Positions 25,290 to 33,782 of a stretch of DNA of 64,000 nt are shown in pieces; the first letter of the stretch is position 1; every line of letters begins with the position of its first letter. The translations under genes and the position numbers were made by a program. Under the pieces are notes generated by a model, which did not search any database, was not told the DNA's origin, and worked only from the letters and a program-made list of their open reading frames with translations. This DNA is from Gemmatimonadales bacterium (GTDB lineage Bacteria; Gemmatimonadota; Gemmatimonadetes; Gemmatimonadales; GWC2-71-9), in NCBI GenBank assembly GCA_050733195.1, contig JBOHSH010000114.1, positions 5,389-69,388 on the forward strand, read 5' to 3'.

Positions 25290-26659
25290 ACCCTCCTGGT
25301 GTCGTTGTTGATCGCGTCGCCGCGGCGTTCCGCGTCATCCGCGTTCCTGGTGTTTCCCTCCGGGGATCCCGCCACGCGGAGCGCGTCCGAGAGCCGCGGG
25401 GCGATGACGGGCATGTCGAGCAGACGCTTCGGCACCGCGTCGGGCGTCTTGAGGCCGTTGCCGGTGATGCAGAGCACGACCTCGTCCTCCGGGCCGAGCC
25501 GGCCCGCCCCGGAGAGCGCCAGCGCGGCCGCGACGGTCACCCCACCCGCCGTCTCGGTGAACACGCCGGTCGTCCGGGCGAGGAGCGCGATGCCCTCCGC
25601 GAGCGCCTCGTCGCTCACCGCCGCCGCCCACCCTCCGCTCGCGCGGATCGTCCGGGCCGCGGCCGCGCCGTCCGCGGGCGAGCCGATCGCGAGCGACCGC
25701 GCGATCGTCCTCGGCGTCACCGGCCGGAGCGGTCCCCCGCCCCGCCAGACCAGGTCCACGATGGGCGCGCATCCCGAGGCCTGCCCGCCGAAGATCCTGG
25801 GCGCTTTCCCGTCGGCGAGACCGGAGGCCACGACCTCGCCGAAGCCGCGACCGAGCTGCGAGACGAGCGACCCGCCGGCCATCGGAGCCACGACCGCCGA
25901 CGGCGTCCGCCATCCGAGCTGCTCGGCGATCTCGAACGCGGTGGTTTTGGATCCCTGCGCGTAGTAGGCCCGCAGGTTCACGTTGACGATGCCCCATCCG
26001 ATGCGGTCCGCGAGCTGGGCGCAGAGCCGGTTCACGTCGTCGTACGTGCCGCGCACCCGGACGACGCGGGCGCCGTAGACCGCCGAGGCGACGAGCTTGG
26101 GCGCCTCGAGATCGTCCGGCACGAAGATCCAGGCCGGGAGCCCGGCCCGCGCCGCATGCGCCGCGACCGCATTCGCCAGGTTCCCGGTGGACGCGCAGGC
26201 CAGCGTGTCGATGCCGAACCCCACGGCGGCGTTGATGGCGGCGGCGACGACGCGGTCCTTGAAGGACAGTGAGGGGTGGGAGACGCCGTCGTGCTTGATC
26301 CAGGCGCGCGCGACGCCGAGCGCGCGGGCGAGGGCGGGCCCTTCGACGAGCGGCGTGAAGCCGGTGTCGAGCGAGAGCACCGGATCGCCCGCGAACGGCA
26401 GCCATTCCCGGTAGCGCCAGAGCGATCGCGGGCGGGCCGCGATCTCCTCGCGGGTGGGAAGCGCCCGCGCGGGATCGTACTGCGGCTCGAGCGGGCCGAG
26501 ACACTCCGCGCAGACGGCCACCGGCGAGGCCGGCTGAACGGTCCTGCACGCATCACAGCGGAGGGGGAGCGGACGAGGAAGTCCGGTCGGGGCGGAGCGG
26601 CCGAGCCTGGCCGCCTGCGTGATGGGGGGAGGTGCTGCAACGAGCAGATGCGAAGACAT
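25286..26659 (-). CDS. threonine synthase-family PLP enzyme with N-terminal zinc ribbon (ThrC or MetM-like)
   Basis: 457 aa. CDACRTV..CAECLGPLEP zinc ribbon and PLP-lysine motif HPSLSFKDRVVAAAIN, in a ThrC-type fold. Confidence 0.85.
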   Translation of the reverse strand: MSSHLLVAAPPPITQAARLGRSAPTGLPRPLPLRCDACRTVQPASPVAVCAECLGPLEPQYDPARALPTREEIAARPRSLWRYREWLPFAGDPVLSLDTGFTPLVEGPALARALGVARAWIKHDGVSHPSLSFKDRVVAAAINAAVGFGIDTLACASTGNLANAVAAHAARAGLPAWIFVPDDLEAPKLVASAVYGARVVRVRGTYDDVNRLCAQLADRIGWGIVNVNLRAYYAQGSKTTAFEIAEQLGWRTPSAVVAPMAGGSLVSQLGRGFGEVVASGLADGKAPRIFGGQASGCAPIVDLVWRGGGPLRPVTPRTIARSLAIGSPADGAAAARTIRASGGWAAAVSDEALAEGIALLARTTGVFTETAGGVTVAAALALSGAGRLGPEDEVVLCITGNGLKTPDAVPKRLLDMPVIAPRLSDALRVAGSPEGNTRNADDAERRGDAINNDTRRV

Positions 26660-26720
26660 GAGCCGGCTCCCTGCTCGCGAGCCGCCGTCTCATGCACCGG
26701 AAACACAGAGCGCCCGGTGC

Positions 26721-26750
26721 CAAAAAGACACGCGGAGCGCGAGGCTTTTT
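26721..26750 (-). terminator. candidate intrinsic terminator in the 5' leader of the ThrC-like operon
   Basis: RNA AAAAAG CC UCGCG CUC CGCGU GU CUUUUU: a GC stem flanked by an A5 and a U5 tract, conspicuous in this GC-rich context. It lies about 60 nt upstream of the start codon at 26659. Confidence 0.45.
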
Positions 26751-26795
26751 AGCGGTTGTTTTACGTGGCCGCAATACGCCGCAAATCGCCACGAG
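26743..26795 (-). promoter_or_regulatory. candidate H-type pseudoknot riboswitch aptamer (SAM-II/SAM-V-like architecture)
   Basis: RNA CGUGGC-GAUUUGCGGCGUAUUGCG-GCCACG-UAAAACAA-CCGCUAAAAAGCC. P1 is CGUGGC/GCCACG. The loop GCGG pairs with the downstream CCGC. The loop is U-rich and the tail A-rich, and the tail A5G is shared with the terminator stem. Confidence 0.3.
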
Positions 26796-26955
26796 CTTCG
26801 ATTGTGAGCACCAAGATGACACGGCGCTCTCCGTTGCGCAAGAGGTCCGAGACGACGCGACACCGAGGCCCCGCGGATTCCGCGTCCGGATCCGGCGAGG
26901 TTCCGCGCACCCGCGGCCTAGATTCGCCCCGCGGGCTCACGATCCGGAAGCCGCA

Positions 26956-27333
26956 ATGGTCTGGCCGCCGCGTCGGGATGGAGAGGTCTCCGCCCAGGCG
27001 CTCATCGACACGCAGTATGCCGATCGAGCCGCTCTCCGCCCGGTGCTCGACGCGCTGATCCGGGCCTCCACCGGGCTCGGACCGGTCGTCGTGCGCGCCC
27101 GCAAGACCTTCGTGTCGCTCGTCACTCCCCGTCGCACCTTCGCGCGAGTGCAGTCGAAGGCGCGGACCCGCGTGGATCTCTGCCTCCGGCTCCCGGAGCA
27201 CACGCCCGTGGGCAGGCTCCGTCGCTCGAAGCTCCATGCCACGATGCCGTTTCAGATCGGGCTCGCCTCGGCGGACGAGGTGGACGCGGAGGTGGTGGAG
27301 TGGCTGCGCCGCGCCTACGAAGCCAATCGCTGA
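26956..27333 (+). CDS. DUF5655/DUF4287-like small protein, hypothetical
   Basis: 125 aa from ATG 26956 (residue 89 of the track ORF). ..RKTFVSLVTPRRTFARVQSKARTRVDLCLRLP...EVDAEVVEWLRRAYEAN. The upstream part of the track ORF is Arg-rich noise overlapping the leader. Confidence 0.5.
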   Translation: MVWPPRRDGEVSAQALIDTQYADRAALRPVLDALIRASTGLGPVVVRARKTFVSLVTPRRTFARVQSKARTRVDLCLRLPEHTPVGRLRRSKLHATMPFQIGLASADEVDAEVVEWLRRAYEANR

Positions 27334-27483
27334 TCCCGCTTCCTCCGCATCATCCGCGTCTGCTGTTCAGGCGCAGTACTGTCGGATAACCGGATTCCGG
27401 GGCCGAATCCGGCACGCGTGGACGCGCGGCGGATCCTAACGTGGAGCGGGAACACCGACCCGCTTCCACCATGAGAGGATCCC

Positions 27484-28683
27484 ATGCGACATCTCCTTCC
27501 CGCCATCCTGCTGTCCGCCGCCGGCTGCGGTCTCGACAGCGAGGTGACCCGGCCGGACCCGCCCAATGCCAAGCTCCGGCCGACGCTGCAGTACGCGATC
27601 GACAAGCTGCCGACCGCCGGCCCGGGAACCAGTCAGGGCGCCGGCATCAACAACCAGGGCTGGGTGGCCGGCTTCACGGGCATGACAGACGGAACCCGCC
27701 AGGCCGCGGTCTGGCGCAGCGGCGCGATCACGCCGCTCGGGACGCTGGCGGGAGGCGCGCACAGCTCGGTCGTCTGGCCGGGCATCAACAGCACCGGCAC
27801 GATCGTCGGGATCTCCCGCACCGCCGAGCCCGATTCGCTCGGCGAAGCGTGGAGCTGCTCGGCCTTTCTCCCCGGCGCCGGCAAGGTCTGTCACGCGTTC
27901 GTGTGGGAGAACGGCGTGATGAGCGCGCTCCCGACGCTCGGCGGCACCAACGGATTCGCCACGGGCGTGAACGCCCGCGGGCAGGTGGTCGGCTGGGCCG
28001 AGACGGCGGTACACGATCCCACCTGCAATGCTCCCCAGGTTCTGCAGTTCCGCGCCGTGCTCTGGGAGCCGCGCACCGGCGCGAAGTCCGAGCTGCCGCC
28101 GTTCCCGGGAGACTCCACCTCGGCGGCGACCGCGATCAACGAGCGGGGCCAGGTGGTCGGGATCTCGGGGGAATGCGACGTCGCGGTCGGACGACGCAGC
28201 GCCATCCGTGCCGTCCTCTGGGAGCAGGGCGGCGTCACGGAGCTCGACGACCTCGGCGGAGAGCTCTGGCACACCCCCATGGCCATCAACGACCGGGGCG
28301 ACGTGGTCGGCTTCGGGAACCCGCCGGACGGCAACGTCGCCGGAGACAGCGTCCGGGCTTTTCTCTGGACGCGCGCGGACGGTATCCGGGACCTCGGCAA
28401 GCTTCCCGGCGACGCGTTCAGCCAGGCGATGAGCATCAACGCGCGCGGGCAGATCGTGGGCGTGTCCTGCGGCGCGGTCTGCCGCGCGGTGCTCTGGGAG
28501 GACGGGGTGCTCTACCGGCTGCAGGATCTCGTGGCACCCGGTTATCCTGATCACCTCTGGTCGGCGCGCAGCATCAACGACGCCGGACAGATCACGGGAC
28601 GGGTGATCGAGGCCGCCACGGGGAAGCTGTTGCCCTATGTCGCGACGCCGATCGCCGCCCCGAGCGCAGGCCGCACGAGGTAG
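27484..28683 (+). CDS. lipoprotein with HAF-family extracellular repeats
   Basis: 399 aa. Lipobox LLSAAGC. About 8 repeats of the form A.(G/A)IN..GQVVG(.S) (INNQGWVAGF, INSTGTIVGI, VNARGQVVGW, INERGQVVGI, INDRGDVVGF, INARGQIVGV, INDAGQITGR). Confidence 0.7.
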   Translation: MRHLLPAILLSAAGCGLDSEVTRPDPPNAKLRPTLQYAIDKLPTAGPGTSQGAGINNQGWVAGFTGMTDGTRQAAVWRSGAITPLGTLAGGAHSSVVWPGINSTGTIVGISRTAEPDSLGEAWSCSAFLPGAGKVCHAFVWENGVMSALPTLGGTNGFATGVNARGQVVGWAETAVHDPTCNAPQVLQFRAVLWEPRTGAKSELPPFPGDSTSAATAINERGQVVGISGECDVAVGRRSAIRAVLWEQGGVTELDDLGGELWHTPMAINDRGDVVGFGNPPDGNVAGDSVRAFLWTRADGIRDLGKLPGDAFSQAMSINARGQIVGVSCGAVCRAVLWEDGVLYRLQDLVAPGYPDHLWSARSINDAGQITGRVIEAATGKLLPYVATPIAAPSAGRTR

Positions 28684-28754
28684 CGGACGGGCGACGGGCA
28701 GGAGCCCCGCACCGGGACGGGGCTCGCGGCCCTTCCGCGAGGCCAGGAGGGGAG

Positions 28755-29105
28755 ATGATCGCCGCACCCGAGCGCAGCGAAGCGGCGGAGTACTACTTCC
28801 GGTACATCGACCTCGTTCCCGCGGGCGACATCCTCACGACGCTGGAGGATCAGCTGCCGGAGACGCTGGGGCTGCTCCGGAGCATTCCCTCCGAGCGCTC
28901 GTTCCACCGGTATGCGCCCGGAAAGTGGAGTATCCGGGACCTCGTGAATCACCTCTGCGACACCGAGCGCCTGTTCGTCTTCCGCGCCTTCTGGTTCGCG
29001 CGGGGATTCGAGAGCCCGCTTCCGAGCTTCGATCAGGGTGTCGCCGCGGCGGGACACCTCATTCACCACACCACGATTCTTCGCGAGCGCTATCTGGCTT
29101 CCTGA
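28755..29105 (+). CDS. DinB-superfamily protein, unusually short (possible internal deletion)
   Basis: 116 aa. It has KWSIRDLVNHLCDTERLF (first His helix) and GHLIHHTTILRERYL (last His helix), but the roughly 50-residue middle segment of typical DinB_2 proteins appears to be missing. Confidence 0.55.
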   Translation: MIAAPERSEAAEYYFRYIDLVPAGDILTTLEDQLPETLGLLRSIPSERSFHRYAPGKWSIRDLVNHLCDTERLFVFRAFWFARGFESPLPSFDQGVAAAGHLIHHTTILRERYLAS

Positions 29106-30775
29106 AGCGGCGGCCCCGCCGCGCCGGCCGGCCGCGACAGCCTCGCGCTCTCCCGGGCCGCGCCGCGGATGGGCAGGGCTGCGTGGTCGTTCTCGGCGGC
29201 GAGCAGGAGGTGGAGCGCGGCATACGCCCGCCACGGACGCCAGCGCTCGGCGAGCGCCTGGAGCGAGCGCGGCCCGCTGAGCCCGGCCGCCTCCAGCAAC
29301 CGGCGATCGCCGGCGGAAAACGCGTCGGGCCAGTGCATCGCCCGCATCACGATCGCGGTCGCCGTGGCCGCGTCGACGTCCTCGATCTCCATCAATCCCT
29401 GCCGCGCCCGGGCGGCACCGGGCTCGAGGCGGAGCCGGCCTTCGGCCATCGCCCGGGCGATCGCGCCGAGCATCCGCGCGCACCGGGGAGCGACGCCGAG
29501 CGCGAGCAGGCCCGGCACGCCCACTTCCGCAACACGGGATTCCGTCGGGGCGAGACGCGTGAGCCCGGGAATCCCGGTATCGATCGGCTCGCCCAGAGCT
29601 TCGATGACCCGCGCGATGGGCGCGGCTCCATTTCCGGCGGCCGCATCCAGGCCCGACAGAACTTCCCGAAGCACGGCCTCGAACCCGTCGAGCACCCCCG
29701 GTATCCGAAGCCCCGGTCGCCGGCGGACCAGCTCGCGGAGTCCGCCCTGCGCCAGGTGCGCGTCGATGACCAGCGGCTCGGCGTCGAGGTCCAGCAGTCT
29801 CCGCACCTTCGCGAGCAGCGGCATCAGCACCGGCAGGAGCGCAGCCGAGACGTGCAGGGTGAGCTCGGCCCGGGCCGCCCGGGTCCGGCGCCATGGACGG
29901 GGGCCGGATTCCTCGACGATCATCACGCCGCACCGGTCCAGAAGACGAACGGTTCGGGCGTATCCCCGGCCGGCCAGCGTTTCCACCGCCGGCAGCGGGC
30001 TCCTGGTCAGACTGCGGAGCAGTGCCTCCCACGCGAGCGGCGCCCGATACGACAGCGTGAGGGAGACCAGCTCCGGGACCGATCCGGAAGCCTCCACCGG
30101 AGCGGCCCGGGCCGCGGCGCGCCGGGAGGCGGAGCGCCGGAGTTCCCCCGGGGCGATCCGGTAGCGCTCCCGGAAGACCGAGTTGAACCGCCGGAGGCTC
30201 TGGAAGCCGCTCGCGAAGGCGATGCGGGTGATGGGAAGCGAGGTCTCCGTGAGGAGCTGCTTGGCGAAGAGCAGGCGGTGGGTCTGGGCCAGCTCGACGG
30301 GCGAGACGCCGAGCTCGCGCTCGAGCGCGCGCCGCAGATGCCGCTCGGAGACGCCCAGCTCCGACGCGAGCTCGGCGACGCTGCGGCCGTTGAGCGCTCC
30401 GGCCGCGATCCGATCCGCCGCCACGCGGGCCAGCCTCGGCACCGCGTCCATCGGCGCGCGGCCCGGCGCCAGCTCCGGGCGACAGCGCATGCAGGGCCGG
30501 AAGCCGGCCCGCTCTGCGGAAGCCGCCGAGTCGAAGAACCGGCGGCGATCGGTGTAGGAGACGCGTGCCGGGCACACCGGGCGGCAGTAGACGCGCGTGG
30601 TGGTGATGCCGACGAAGAAGATCCCGTCGAAGCGGGGATCGCGGGCATTCAGCGCGCGCTCGCAGACTTCCGCGCGCGGGAGCCGTCGGGAATCGGGAGA
30701 CACGACCGTCAATGTAGGCCTTGCCGGCCGCCGGCGGCTGGCCGGATTCGGACCCGGAATCGTCCGGCCCGTCAT
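29090..30775 (-). CDS. bifunctional Ada-type regulator (Zn methyl-acceptor + AraC HTH) fused to AlkA DNA-3-methyladenine glycosylase II
   Basis: 561 aa from ATG 30775 (residue 303 of track ORF 29090..31681). RDPRFDGIFFVGITTTRVYCRPVCPAR, the AraC HTH (SLPITRIAFASGFQSLRRFNSVFR), then the AlkA N-terminal and HhH-GPD regions. Confidence 0.85.
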   Translation of the reverse strand: MTGRTIPGPNPASRRRPARPTLTVVSPDSRRLPRAEVCERALNARDPRFDGIFFVGITTTRVYCRPVCPARVSYTDRRRFFDSAASAERAGFRPCMRCRPELAPGRAPMDAVPRLARVAADRIAAGALNGRSVAELASELGVSERHLRRALERELGVSPVELAQTHRLLFAKQLLTETSLPITRIAFASGFQSLRRFNSVFRERYRIAPGELRRSASRRAAARAAPVEASGSVPELVSLTLSYRAPLAWEALLRSLTRSPLPAVETLAGRGYARTVRLLDRCGVMIVEESGPRPWRRTRAARAELTLHVSAALLPVLMPLLAKVRRLLDLDAEPLVIDAHLAQGGLRELVRRRPGLRIPGVLDGFEAVLREVLSGLDAAAGNGAAPIARVIEALGEPIDTGIPGLTRLAPTESRVAEVGVPGLLALGVAPRCARMLGAIARAMAEGRLRLEPGAARARQGLMEIEDVDAATATAIVMRAMHWPDAFSAGDRRLLEAAGLSGPRSLQALAERWRPWRAYAALHLLLAAENDHAALPIRGAARESARLSRPAGAAGPPLQEAR

Positions 30776-31692
30776 CTGGCCAGGAGCGTGACGCTCGCGA
30801 ACGAGGGCCGCCCGGGCCCGCCGTATCGGGCATCGTCCACGCGCACGGTGCGGCCGGTCTGCTCGGCGAAGGGAAAGCGGGCCCAGTCGAGCAGGTCGAG
30901 GAGCGGCACCGTGCGCCCGAACGAGTCGAGGAGCTCCAGCCGTTTCGGCAATTCTCCGGCGACCGGGCGAAGCCGGGGCGACCGAAACACTACCTCTCCG
31001 AAGCGGTAGGTATCGCCCGCATCGTAGACCACATCGCGCCGCCACGACGCGAAGAACGGCGGGGCGACCATGAGGCGTCGGGGGCCGGGTCGCTCCAGTC
31101 CGAGCGATGTCGCCGCCCCCGATCGCGCCCGGGCGGTGAGCATCACCATGAGGGCGATGTAGACCACCGACGCCCCGACGGCCGCGCGGGCGACGCGCCT
31201 GCCGGCCCGCTCTCCACCGGCGTCGCCGCGGCGGCGGAGCCGGCGTCCCACGATCCAGCCGAGGCCGAGAATGACGAGCAGCCAGGGATCGATGATGAAG
31301 AGGGCGTCGCCGTAGGTCCAGGTCCGGTCGAACGGCATCAGCCAGCGCATCCCGTAGACGTTCATCCAGTCGAGCGCCGGGTGCGTGGCGACGGCGAGGG
31401 CCGACACCAGAAGCAGCTGGCCAGGGCCGGCGTCGCCCTGGCCGCGCCCGCTCCGCCGGCGATCCCACAGCAGCAGGACACCGGTGAGCACGAAGGGGAG
31501 GACGACCAGCGCCGGGATACCGTGCGTGATCCCGCGCCGGAATCCGAGCCCGTGCTCGGTGAAGGCCGCGAGCACATCGAGGTCGGGCGCGTTGGCTCCG
31601 ATCACGAGCGCCGCGGTCGCGTGCCGGGCCCGCCGCCCGAGGCCGGTCTCGGCGAGGGCAGCGCCGACCAGTGTGTGACACAGGTTGTCCAC
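30772..31692 (-). CDS. membrane-bound metal-dependent hydrolase (YdjM/DUF457 family)
   Basis: 306 aa. MDNLCHTLVGAALAE.. and ..GITHGIPAL.. with several TM helices. ATGA overlap with the ada-alkA start. Confidence 0.7.
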   Translation of the reverse strand: MDNLCHTLVGAALAETGLGRRARHATAALVIGANAPDLDVLAAFTEHGLGFRRGITHGIPALVVLPFVLTGVLLLWDRRRSGRGQGDAGPGQLLLVSALAVATHPALDWMNVYGMRWLMPFDRTWTYGDALFIIDPWLLVILGLGWIVGRRLRRRGDAGGERAGRRVARAAVGASVVYIALMVMLTARARSGAATSLGLERPGPRRLMVAPPFFASWRRDVVYDAGDTYRFGEVVFRSPRLRPVAGELPKRLELLDSFGRTVPLLDLLDWARFPFAEQTGRTVRVDDARYGGPGRPSFASVTLLAR

Positions 31693-31731
31693 GACGGACC
31701 CGGTGAGGGGGAGCGCTTACATTAACCTCCC

Positions 31732-32733
31732 ATGGATCCCGTCGCGCTCACCCGCGAGCTGATCGCCATCCCTTCGCCCACCGGCGAAGAGGGCCCGGTC
31801 GCGGAGTTCCTCGCCGGCGTGCTCGAGCGCGAAGGCTTCCGCGTCGTGCGGCAGCCGGTCTCGCCGGGGCGTGTCAATCTCTACGCCACGCTCGACGCCC
31901 CCGTCGTTGTGCTCTCCACGCATCTCGACGTCGTCCCCCCGCACCTGGACGTGCGGGAGGACGACGAGTGGCTCTGGGGACGCGGTGCCTGCGACGCCAA
32001 GGGTCTCGCCGCGGCGATGCTCACCGCGGCGCTCGCGCTCAGGGCCGGCGGGGAGCGCCGGGTCGGGCTGCTGTTCGTGGTGGGCGAAGAGGACGGCTCC
32101 GACGGCGCCCGGGCGGCGGCGGCGCTCGAGCCCCGGGGACGCTACCTCGTGAACGGCGAGCCCACCGAGAACCGTCTCGCCGTCGGCCAGAAGGGCGCGC
32201 TTCGCGTCTCGCTCCAGGCGGCCGGCCGCGCCGCGCATTCCGGGTATCCCGCCGAGGGCGAGTCGGCCGTGGACGCGCTGCTCGACAGCCTCTCCCGAAT
32301 CCGCGCCATCCCGCTTCCCGAGGACCCGCTGCTCGGTCCCTCGACGCTCAACGTGGGTCGCATCGCGGGCGGGGTCGCGCCCAACGTGATTCCGCCCTCG
32401 GCGACCGCCGAGCTCCTGTTCCGAATCGTCGGCGACACGACGGATCTCCGACAGGCGATCCGCGACGCCGCGCACCCGAAGGTCGCCGTGGAGTTTCCCC
32501 TCGAGATTCCCCCGGTCCGCTCCTCGCCCGTGGCCGGCTGGGAGACGACGGTCGTGAGCTACGCCTCGGATCTTCCCTTTCTCGCGCCCTGGGGCGAGCG
32601 CTATCAGCTCGGCCCCGGCACGATTCTGCTCGCCCACACGGCCGAGGAGCGGATCCGGAAGCGCGAGCTCCGCGAAGGCGCGGAGCGGTACGAGCGTCTC
32701 GCCCGGACGCTGCTCGCGAAGGAGGGGGCGTGA
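31732..32733 (+). CDS. M20-family metallopeptidase (DapE/ArgE/LysK-like deacylase)
   Basis: 333 aa. LIAIPSPTGEE.., VVLSTHLDVVPP and WGRGACDAKG. Being first in the DAP operon suggests the desuccinylase step. Confidence 0.8.
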   Translation: MDPVALTRELIAIPSPTGEEGPVAEFLAGVLEREGFRVVRQPVSPGRVNLYATLDAPVVVLSTHLDVVPPHLDVREDDEWLWGRGACDAKGLAAAMLTAALALRAGGERRVGLLFVVGEEDGSDGARAAAALEPRGRYLVNGEPTENRLAVGQKGALRVSLQAAGRAAHSGYPAEGESAVDALLDSLSRIRAIPLPEDPLLGPSTLNVGRIAGGVAPNVIPPSATAELLFRIVGDTTDLRQAIRDAAHPKVAVEFPLEIPPVRSSPVAGWETTVVSYASDLPFLAPWGERYQLGPGTILLAHTAEERIRKRELREGAERYERLARTLLAKEGA

Positions 32734-33782
32734 CCCGCCTCCCCGTGGCGATCCTCGGGGCCACCGGCACGGTGGGCCAGAAGTTCGTGCGGCTGCTGGC
32801 GGCGCACCCCTGGTTCGAGCCGACGGTGCTCGCGGCGTCGGCGCAAAGCGCCGGGAAGCCCTACGGCGAAGTGGTCCGGTGGCGGGAGCCTTCGCCGCTT
32901 CCCGAGGCCCTGGCGGGCCTCACGGTGCGCCGCGCCGACGAGCCTCTGGACGCGACGCTCGTCTTCTCGGCCCTCGACGCCGCCGCCGCAGCCTCGGTCG
33001 AGGAGCAGCACGCGCGAGCCGGCGCGCTCGTCGTCACCAACGCGAGCCCGTGGCGGATGGATCCCGCGATCCCGCTGATCGTTCCGGAGGTGAACGGCGA
33101 CCACCTCGGGATGCTCGATGCCCAGCGGCGGACTCGCGGCTGGAAGGGCGGCATCGTCGCGAACCCCAATTGCTCGACGGCCGCGCTCGTGCTCGCGCTG
33201 GCCCCGCTGCACCGCGCGTTCGCGGTGCAGCGCGTCTTCGTCTCGACGATGCAGGCGGTGAGCGGCGCGGGTTATCCGGGGGTCGCTTCGCTCGACGCGC
33301 TGGGCAACGTGATCCCCTACATCGGCCAGGAAGAGGAAAAGATCGAGCGGGAGACCCGGAAGATCCTGGGAGACTGGCTGGACGACGGGGTGGCGCTCGC
33401 CCCCATCACCGTGAGCGCGCACACCAATCGCGTGCCGGTCGTGGACGGACACATGGAGACGGTCTCGGTGGGCTTCGCCCGCCGGGTGACGCCGGGGGAG
33501 GCCCGCGCCGCGCTCGAGAGCTTCCGCGCCGACGGCATCGTGGCCACGCTCCCTTCCACGCCGGCACGGCCGGTGGAAGTGGACGATCGCCCCGACCGGC
33601 CCCAGCCGCGGCTCGACCTCGATCGCGGCGGCGGCATGACCGTCACCGTCGGCCGGCTCCGCGGCTGCCCGCTTCTCGACGTCCGGCTCGTCGTCCTCGG
33701 CCACAACACCATCCGCGGCGCCGCCGGCGCCGCGATCCAGAACGCGGAGCTGCTCGTGGCGCAGGGTGTGGTGCGGCGATGA
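32730..33782 (+). CDS. asd: aspartate-semialdehyde dehydrogenase
   Basis: VAILGATGTVGQ and the active-site motif IVANPNCSTAAL. GTG 32730 overlaps the upstream stop (GTGA). Confidence 0.92.
   Translation: MTRLPVAILGATGTVGQKFVRLLAAHPWFEPTVLAASAQSAGKPYGEVVRWREPSPLPEALAGLTVRRADEPLDATLVFSALDAAAAASVEEQHARAGALVVTNASPWRMDPAIPLIVPEVNGDHLGMLDAQRRTRGWKGGIVANPNCSTAALVLALAPLHRAFAVQRVFVSTMQAVSGAGYPGVASLDALGNVIPYIGQEEEKIERETRKILGDWLDDGVALAPITVSAHTNRVPVVDGHMETVSVGFARRVTPGEARAALESFRADGIVATLPSTPARPVEVDDRPDRPQPRLDLDRGGGMTVTVGRLRGCPLLDVRLVVLGHNTIRGAAGAAIQNAELLVAQGVVRR

Noticed and set aside
26692-26955. Upstream 88 codons of track ORF 26692..27333, and ORFs 26553..26822 (-) and 26619..26807 (+)
   Set aside because: This region is the structured 5' leader of the ThrC-like operon. 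The translations are Arg-rich or short and lack coding character. The DUF5655-like similarity begins at ATG 26956.
28635-31009. 732-aa (-) and 790-aa (+) ORFs covering the DinB/ada-alkA region
   Set aside because: Both are low-complexity Arg/Pro/Gly translations. The ada-alkA frame (29090-30775, -) contains the Ada Zn motif, the AraC HTH and the AlkA regions.
30776-31681. N-terminal 302 residues of the 863-aa track ORF 29090..31681
   Set aside because: This part is an out-of-frame shadow of the YdjM-like gene (30772-31692), which has real membrane-hydrolase motifs. Ada homology only begins after ATG 30775, which overlaps the upstream stop.
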